From Calcarisporiella thermophila CBS 279.70 (lineage: Eukaryota; Fungi; Calcarisporiellomycota), in the NCBI RefSeq assembly GCF_041956535.1, contig NW_027192191.1, positions 69,702 through 133,701 on the forward strand: DNA of 64,000 nt, written 5' to 3'. How positions within the stretch are numbered: the first letter of the stretch is position 1; each line of letters begins with the position of its first letter. The notes beneath the pieces are model-generated. The model had not been told where the DNA came from and searched no databases. It saw only the letters and a list, made by a program, of their open reading frames with translations. The position numbers and the translations under genes are program-made. Below, in pieces: positions 55,873 to 64,000 of the stretch.

Positions 55873-56452
55873 CCTAACGCTCGAACATACTACCAGAGTC
55901 TACTTTCCGTCGCTTGAAGTAAAGGTCCGAAGAGGAAAAAAGGAAACGTTGAATGTGGAATACTGGTTTTGAGTAGGGAAAATAGTTGGAGTGTCCTCGG
56001 GATATTTTTTTTTCTTTTAATCTTCGTGGGTTTAAAGGAGGAGGAGCAGGAGGGAACCAGGGGGGAAAGGGGAAAGATGGGCCATTTCTAGTCGACAAAC
56101 AAAGGCTAAGAAGAATCGATTTTTCATTAGGAGGTTTACCAGGATTTTCCTCTACACGTGAGAGCATCTGTGCGCTCTACGAGTAAAATTCGAAATACTT
56201 CCTAAATAAGCTATTGAACAAAGTTAATTGTGGCTTGCTAACATGGTGCTTTGGATTTGAATAAAAAATAACCAGCATTTGAAGAGACGTTCGTCTTAAA
56301 TAGTGGTAAAATCCATTCCATTAAAAAAAAAAAGCTAACAAGGCCAAGAATATTATACATATTACCAGTATAATTTACAATTAATAGTAAATGGGGATTT
56401 AGATGCTAGGGGAAACAAGGGGAAAAATAGCACGCGGCTCTGCATTCGGCGG

Positions 56453-57523
56453 TTATTTTGCAGGGAGATCTCGCAGCCCACATTTCCTCACGGTGAGATG
56501 TCGTTTCAACGCGTCGCGCCTCGAAAAGGTGCGGTGACAATGGGTGCATTCGAAGGGCTTGATCTTGAAAAATGAATTGAAATAAAATAAAATGGAAGAG
56601 TTTAGCATGCAAGTTGCATCCAGACGAAAGGAATTCGCTTTGTAGAGAATGGGAAGGGTACCTTTTCGTGAATTCGCAAGTGGCGTTTCAAATCATGCGA
56701 TCGATGAAAGGAATGGTTGCATTTATCGCACGAATAAGGCCTGTGGGCCTCGAACTTTGCGGAAGAGGAATACCGGAACCGGTGCGAGAGGGTCGGTTGT
56801 GGAGGGTATTCGGTGAGGATGGAAGGCATAGCGGGTTGATGAAGAGGCCCGTCTTCGCAGAAGACGGTGGGCCCCGCGCGCTTGATAGATACGGGGGGAT
56901 CTGGTTGAGAATGCGGTGCAGCAAGATATGAGTCCATAGTGGTGGGGATCTGTGTCCGTTGGGTGTTTATGTTATGGGAAGCGTGAGGAGGAGGGAGGGG
57001 GGGGAGGGGGAAAGTCGGTATGGGAAGGCATGGCATACCAGTACATATCTGGGGAAGAATAGAGATAGGCGGGATCCAGTCTTAGCTGGATATCTGTGGC
57101 TGGAAGAGATGGCGAAGGGGAGGGCGGAACCCGGTCTAAATAGCCATCCAGCGCCCTTTTATTCATTTGTGAGAAGGCTTTCGGATCTGTATTGAGGTGT
57201 GGATCATAGTACATATCAAGGTTTGGGGTGGGGAGCCCGTAGGACGATAAAAGGTACTGTGAACTTGGGTTAACCGTGCTCTCGTCTTGGGGTGGGAGAT
57301 TGGAGGAGGAGAGATAAGGCTGAGCCGCGCTTTGTGAGTTACCCGCTGGTACCTGCACTTCAAAGGAGTGCGGTGGGACGTATGTATTTGCGTCTGTTCC
57401 ACTCCCCAGCTCATTAGGCTCTGATAGTCTGGAGGAGGGGTCCAGAGTCTCGTGCTGCTGCCAGGAAGATGAGACGGTTGAATACTGTATGGAAGGGACG
57501 TGGGATTGAAAAGTATATAACAT
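56453..57523 (-). CDS. C2H2 zinc-finger transcription factor; 5' structure ambiguous (frame discontinuity near 56950-57040)
   Basis: RPYSCDKCNHSFHRSHDLKRHLRIH; intron 56564-56661; KPFECTHCHRTFSRRDALKRH. Confidence 0.75.
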
Positions 57524-59612
57524 CAAGAAAAGGCTTTGTAGCAAGACAAAATAAATAAAATAAAAAACAAACAAACAAAGGGGGCAGAAAACGCGGGGGG
57601 GAGGAGGCGGAAAGGTTATGAAAAAGAATCAGTCAGTGACGATATTACAAATCGACGAAAATTTCGGATACTATTTTGTCGGGTAAAAAGTACCCCCGAC
57701 AAAAGCTCAGCTTAATCTAACGCTAGCTTTTAATAGGCTAATGCCAATGAATCTAAAGAATACAGCAGATCGATTTTATTTGACTGGAGCTCCGCTGTAG
57801 CTCTGGCTTATTTGTCGCGTCTACTAATTGTTTCTTATCACGCGGTCGAATTCCGAGTTCTCCACTTTTTTAGTAAGCCCGTCATCTGAGGTGGTGAAGA
57901 TCCAGAGAAAGAATCAGAACTGCTGACACATACTCAAAGGATATTCAGAGGAGAGGGGGGGGGGGGGAGAGCGAGTATGCGCAGCAACTCACTATTAGCT
58001 TTTGGAGCAAATAACCGAGAAGGTTGTTTCTAGTTTATCTTCATTTATCTTAGCTTGTGCTCAATTACAATTCATTTAGCGCTTTAAACTAAAAACTCTG
58101 TATTCCTTGAGGGTTCAAACTAGGACACAGTTGCTCCTCCGGTTTGAACTCTTGAGCGGACAAACAGAGAGAGGAGGGGTCCTAGAAAGAATCCAGACTA
58201 CAGATTTCAACTAGAATTGTTGTTAGCGGGAGGCGGAATTAGGACTCGATCCGAGTGGATGCAAACTCCCGACCATTGTGCGGCTGAGCTTAAGATTGAA
58301 ACGATAGGGGTGTTTCAAATTACCAGAAGTACTCAGAGTTCGGGCATTGCTTCACAGCGTGTTCGGATCAATCTAGCCAAGAAGTGCGAGAGGGAGGGGG
58401 CCATGAAGGGGGCCGGTCAATATTGCCGGCAGCAGAAAAACCGCCCTTCTACAATGGGCTAGTCAAAGCGATTTCCATCTTGCTCCACTTTGGGGGCTTG
58501 GATATACACTATTCAGGTAGAATATTATTAGAGTTAGGTTCCGGTTCTTCACTAAAAGGTTTTCATATGAGCTCGAAACCCAAAAAGGCCCCGCTTTGAA
58601 CTTGCTGGATTCAAGATGGAAGAGCGAAGAAGTCTGAGCTTGTTCTGAGGCCCGAGGTGTGTTTGATTCAAGTTTTGGACGCGCTAGTACTTGTCTCAGA
58701 CTGAGGCCGAGAGGATCCCGTGAGTATTAAGTAGGTCTTGTGCAAGGCCCTGGAAATGCGAGAAAAAGCGCTCATTCTTCACCCCCACTATGAGGGCGGG
58801 GCGGATTGCGTCTCCTGCTCGCCGCCATCAGACGGCAGCGCGGTTGTTGAGTAGGCAAGGGCGGCGTTGCTTCTTTGTTGTCTCAACAGAGACGCGCCCT
58901 TTTTGAATTTGTCTTTTGATTGAGGTTCGGCGGATATCAGCTGCATTCTCTATTTTAGGGAATGATTGTGGAGCCGTCTCGGTACGCAACTCATCGAGCC
59001 CCATCACAAACAAGGCAAAAGGATGCCGGCGAATCTTCGGACTATCGATCATCAGAAGGCGCAGGCGCGGGGGGGGGGGGGGTCGCGACAAAGTGCAGAC
59101 GGCGACTTATCCGAGAGGCTTCTTCTCCGAGTTGCGGACGCGCTCCCCCCGAGAAATAAGCCGCGTGCGGAAAAGGCCCCCTGGGCCGTTGCGATCCCAA
59201 CGATTCCTGCCGGGCAGGGGATTTGGGCCGATGGAGAATCGCAGCTCGGGCGATGAGAAGAAATCTTAATAGGAGAGCTCTGGGGCGAGCGTGTCACCGA
59301 ATTCTATTCTGACCAAGGTCACGGCCAATGACCGTCCCGATTTCGGCTATTGGGTTCGCTACATTACGAATATGTGACGGCCCTTATGCCACCGGCTAGT
59401 AGTGGGCTTTGCAATCCCATCGGAAAAAGTTGGTGTGCCCATTTTATTCGCCGCCATCTCTCCTTTCTCCCTCTTCTATTTAAATATTAAAACAATCTCT
59501 GTGCCGCGAACTCTCTTTGTTCCGTTTTTGTCACAGGGTTCCCCTTTGTTTTCTGCCCTCCTCTCCTCCCCATCCCCCCTCTCTCCCGCTGGACATCTCC
59601 TCCGGCGAAGCG

Positions 59613-60945
59613 ATGGTTTGCGCCGACAAGCTAGCCATGGCCCACTTTGTCTCCTTCTCGTGCCCCCCTCCGACTTCCCCCCCAACCGGGGCCCACTCAA
59701 GACCCTCTTCAATATCTCCTATTGAGGCAAGACGCGCCAGCTGCGCACCATTTCCAAAAAGAACTCCTCGCTACAACCCAATTTACTCTAATGTGAAAAG
59801 TGGCCGTCATTGCGGCTATGCCCATTGCAAATCGCAAAGTGCCGCCATAAATCCCTCTGCTACACTGCGACTGAATATTAACAGCCTAATAGGTAGGGAT
59901 TTTTCGCTTGTTCACGCATACTGCGAATCTCATTGACCCAGTGCGTGCCACTCACTCTTTATTAGATATCGCCGCCCTCATGATTGCCACTGTGTGGCCT
60001 CACCGCTCCAATTCCCCTCCCGTCAGACTGGCATTCATCCGCAACTTTATCGATATCACGCTGCGGCGTTCTCGAACCAGTTTGCCCACCTTTGTCCTCG
60101 CGGTGCTCTATCTCTTTCGCGCCAAAGGCTGTATCGACGCTCAGCAGCCCCAGCAGGCTCCACCGCCCCCTCCCGGCGATCCTATCCGCTGTGGCCACCG
60201 GATGATGGTGGCTGCTATCATTCTGGCGAATAAATTTCTGCAGGACCGAAATTACTCGAACCGAGCTTGGGCAAAGATCACCGGAATGACGGTGGCCGAG
60301 ATAAACCTGGTCGAGACCACACTGTTAAGATTGGTGGACTATCGCTTGTTCGTCAATGCCGACGTGTATGAGCGATGGAGCGCGTTGCTGGTTTCACAAA
60401 CTGAGTTGTTAAAGTCTGCCACTAATAATAGCCTAGGAAAGAGCATGACGAGGGAACATAGGAGAGAGAGGAAAGACACGCGTGAATATACCTTGCCTAG
60501 CCCAACTCCCGTCGCCACCACCGCGGATTGGAATATCAGCCCATACAATACTAGCATCCTGAGTGCTTCTCCTGACTTCAGCCTCTACTCGTACAAGGCC
60601 GCAGCACCAATCCAGTTGCCGCCTACGCCCCCTTCATCGGTTGCGTCCCCAGTGCACTCTATGTATCACCCCCGAGCACTGGCCTCTCCATATGAAGCTT
60701 CGGCACTCGCAGCACAAATGCCCAACCCCTCAAATGGCGTGTCCCTTCCGTTTCCCCAGCGCATATCCACGGAGGGAAAGATCATCCTTCCCCCTCTTCT
60801 GATCCCGTCTTACCAATCCTCAACGCTTGTTCCCCCCTCTCTTCCACCCCACCTCTTCGCTCCACCCAGCGTGGTACTTCCCTCCTTCACGCCATCTCTT
60901 GATTTGACATCAACTGCAACCTCTGTTATAAATTATTCCACATGA
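59613..60945 (+). CDS. Pho85-type cyclin (Pcl/Clg1-like), intron 59893-59965
   Basis: TLRRSRTS..LAVLYL.R, CGHRMMVAAIILANKFLQDRNYSNRAWAKITG..EINLVE..LL..DYRL; PEST-rich tail. Confidence 0.88.
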
Positions 60946-61373
60946 TTCTTTCTCCTCTTATTAATTACCCGCTATTATTTTTTTTTCCCTCTTCCGTATA
61001 TATCACTCTGTGTCTTCCAGGTCTTTCGATGGCCAGCCTATTCCTTCACTTGTAAAAATATATATTGTAACAAAACATGCTTTTACAATACTTCCACTTC
61101 TCTCGTCACAAAAGTAGCCGCCAACTAAGAACCAGGGGGTTAGTGATGTAAAATCTTAGTTACAAGAAAACCTTTACAAAATACTTGGATCTCATTAAAG
61201 ATGAAGAGAAAAAAAAACTCAAAAGTGAAATTTTACAGTGTATAGCAATAGAAAAGAAAAACCGTACATATAAATAAATGAAGATATATCCAGTATGTGA
61301 TAAAAAAACAAGACATAGGCCCTATTCAAAAGCACATTATTTTCAGAGCAACCTGTTTACGCAAAGACCACTT

Positions 61374-61730
61374 TTATAACGCAACTTGCTCCATCTCGTC
61401 CACTTCGTCTACCTCTTCCACTAATACCGTGCTCTCAACCTGAATTTCCCCTATTTCCTTTGCAACCTCCGCCGTCACTTCACAAATCACAGGGCCGTCA
61501 TGTTTTGCCGCCTCCTCCTCAGTGTCGCCCAAATCTCCTATGAGATCATCCCAATCTTCTTCCTGAAGTGGCGAGGTAGTGAGCTCGACAAAATCGCTGA
61601 GGGAGGAGGAAGTGTCGGATATGATCTCGTAGTCGCTTGAGGTTGAGTAGGTTAAGGTAGGATCTTCGGCGGACGGAGTCGAAGGGAGTTCGATGATGAG
61701 AGGATATGAATCATGCATTGGCGCCGCCAT
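61374..61730 (-). CDS. Small acidic, probably disordered orphan protein (118 aa) with multiple AIM/LIR-like motifs
   Basis: AAAATGGCG start context; intronless ORF with AT-rich flanks; motifs DSYPLI, SDYEII, SDFVEL, EDWDDL. Confidence 0.6.
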   Translation of the reverse strand: MAAPMHDSYPLIIELPSTPSAEDPTLTYSTSSDYEIISDTSSSLSDFVELTTSPLQEEDWDDLIGDLGDTEEEAAKHDGPVICEVTAEVAKEIGEIQVESTVLVEEVDEVDEMEQVAL

Positions 61731-62175
61731 TTTGGTGGATATGAAAAGGCGAGAAATGAACGGGAATTCTGGCTGAGCCAAAAAAGAAAAAGAAATTGAA
61801 ACTGCGGCATTGCTTGCTTGCATCATTGAAGCTTGAAGGGAAGTAACTCACTTTGATTGGCTGCATTTATGAGAGGTTATTTTGGCATGTTGTTGGTTGG
61901 GATCTGTCTCTATCCTCATACCCATTATCGTATTCTCAATGCATAAGCTTAGCTTCATGGGTAGGGCCTCTCAATCTATCTCTATTCGAAGGGATCCAAC
62001 CAGCAGCGTCAAAAATAAAGAAACCTCTTCTATTCAGAGATGAGTGAATCCCTGCGTGAATCTTACAGTATATTATTTATTATACGTTCTCAAACCGCTC
62101 GATTACATAAAGCTAATTATTGATATATAAAGAACACAAAATAAAATGAAGTCATCCTATGTTCTGAACGCTTAT

Positions 62176-63237
62176 TCACTCATCTTTCTCCTGGGCAGCA
62201 TGGGTGTGTCTTTGCTTTGGGGTTGGACGCTGCGGGCGCCTCGGCTTGGATGGCTTGTCGTGCTCCGAAGGCGATTTCTGACCTTTCACGCTCGTTTTCT
62301 GCTTACCTACACAGAGTTGGGTGTCTTTTCGTTCATTGAAGTAGTGTCGTCCATGTTCAGGGTCGAGTGCAAATTCGGGGATGGTGGGGTAGCCTGGATA
62401 ATTGCACACAAACAGTTCTTTGCCGGCCATGCAAGATTGGGTGGGGCCTACAATGTTGACATCGGCGCAATTCTAACAAAGTGCATGATGAAGCAGATAT
62501 AAATGGCTTATATTTTAAATGCTTATCCAGCGAGGCTTACCATATAATATTCACGATTGCCTACAGCATTAACCCCTGCGTAGTCAATAGAGAAGAGAGA
62601 AAGAGCGTGAGGAGAAGGTTAATAAAAAAATTCAGATTGATTTTGGGATGATTAAAGTTTGCGAGACAACATACATGTCCATGCAAGTACCGCCTTGCCC
62701 CCGGGAGCAGTAGCCGGGAGCGTCATCGTGTAATCATAGTTAAGAGGGCATTTTTCCATAACTGTGTTGAAAACTACAAAAGGAGTGTCACGACCGTTCA
62801 CACGATACTTTAACGCAAATTGACAATGCCCTCCGCCATGGGTTGCAGAGCCACGAAGTTTGATAGTGAAAGGCTCGCCGGCTTTAAGGGTGACCTCGGC
62901 GGGACCTTCGGGGAAGCCACGACATGGGAAGGGACGCTATGATTTAAAAAGGAATAAAAAAATTTTTAGATAAATCGCCCCTCCTTTTCGCAATTAATAT
63001 ACATACCCCTTGATTGGGATCCAGCGGCGCGTCATTGTCCCAATCCACCATATCGTGATCCTGATAGTACCTGCAGAGGGAATATGCGGCGATAATATGC
63101 AGCCTTTGTCTTGGTAAAAGGTAGGCATTGAATTATTACTTGCTATACTGGCTTCTCCGGGCAGGAGGGTTGGCCATCTCCATGTGCGCTGATGCGGATG
63201 CGACCAGCAAGAAAAGGGTAATAAGTTTCGAAATCAT
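62176..63237 (-). CDS. Secreted AA11 lytic polysaccharide monooxygenase (chitin-type), 5 exons
   Basis: Signal MISKLITLFLLVASASA followed by N-terminal His (HMEMANPPARRS); [41 protein letters not shown]. Confidence 0.9.
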
Positions 63238-64000
63238 GTATTGAAGAAAGAGAGTAATAAAACGAATGAATGAATGGGAAGGGCTCACTCAATGTCCAAG
63301 TAGGTTTGGTTAAGCTCAAGTCACTGATCAATTGTAATCAGACAAGCAAAAGATAAGGGGGTCTTTATATACCCCTCTGGATATCTCACATGATATCACG
63401 ATTATATCTTTGGTATTCTAAAGTTCGGCACCATTGTTCGTGGTGTTGGTTCAATTACTTCATCAATAGATCTTCGAGTACAGCCTTAATATATCCCCTC
63501 AGTCACTTTGTGTCCAAAAATGTAATTGAATTTCAAATTTTATTTGATAGTCCTACTTTTGGAATAAGCCAAGTGTGTATTCAATTTATAAGCGCTTTTA
63601 ATCATAGTTATTTTAATCATACATACACTTGATATATCTCAGATCTACCCGAGAGATGCGCTTTGAAATAAGCACGATGGTGTATTGTTTTGAGAGTTTC
63701 TATAATCCTTCATTCAACTTGGTCCTAAATTTCGGGACGTATCAAACTATAATCTACAAAAGATGAGGTAATCCATTTATTAGAGGAACCCATCATGTCT
63801 TATCCAGGTAAATGAATCTTCGCCAACTCAACCCCCAACAATATGATGCCCATGCCTGCTTATATCAGAATTTTTATCGGGATGATTGGGGGACTGAACA
63901 CTTCGAGATATAATATACATGAACCTAATAGGCAGGCGTTTTTTTTTTTTCGTTCCTACCTTTTATACAAATATCCCACAATTTTATACTGATTACACCT

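Noticed and set aside
58109-58152. Imperfect hairpin AGGGTTCAAAC..GTTTGAACTCT in the zinc-finger/cyclin spacer
   Set aside because: Single short stem with no target-site duplication or tRNA features.

Overview
Gene-dense, intron-rich eukaryotic DNA with short GT-AG introns and CTAAC-type branch points. Gene content (UFL1, CRIB-containing WASP, AA11 LPMO, OPT transporter, Kre9-like GPI protein) points to a non-Dikarya fungus, probably Mucoromycota (inference). About 27 protein-coding genes can be assembled by hand, in this order: UFL1 (3' part), dienelactone hydrolase, DUF2408/Cub1-like, ERO1 copy A, DUF866/CZIB, OPT transporter, CSE1, eIF5B, RPN11, SNU66, SmF, NOP4, RPS16, SmD3, HUL5/UBE3C HECT ligase, ACOT9-like thioesterase, nitrobindin, WDR59/MTC5, ERO1 copy B, UBX2/FAF2, a PAS protein, a Kre9-like GPI protein, WASP, a Cys-rich GPI protein, a C2H2 zinc finger, a Pcl/Clg1-type cyclin, a small acidic multi-AIM protein and an AA11 LPMO. 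No tRNA, rRNA, CRISPR array or recognisable transposon was found. Most notable: (1) a five-exon nitrobindin invisible in the ORF track; (2) a 118-aa acidic orphan in which 4 of 5 aromatic residues form Atg8-interacting-motif cores; (3) two ERO1 paralogs with rewired cysteines, only one carrying a UPRE-like site; (4) Snu66 without HIND and Nop4 without RRM1-2; (5) a GGCGCAGC motif recurring in five promoters; (6) an out-of-frame zinc-finger locus. Exon boundaries were read by eye and family calls rest on remembered motifs, not database searches.
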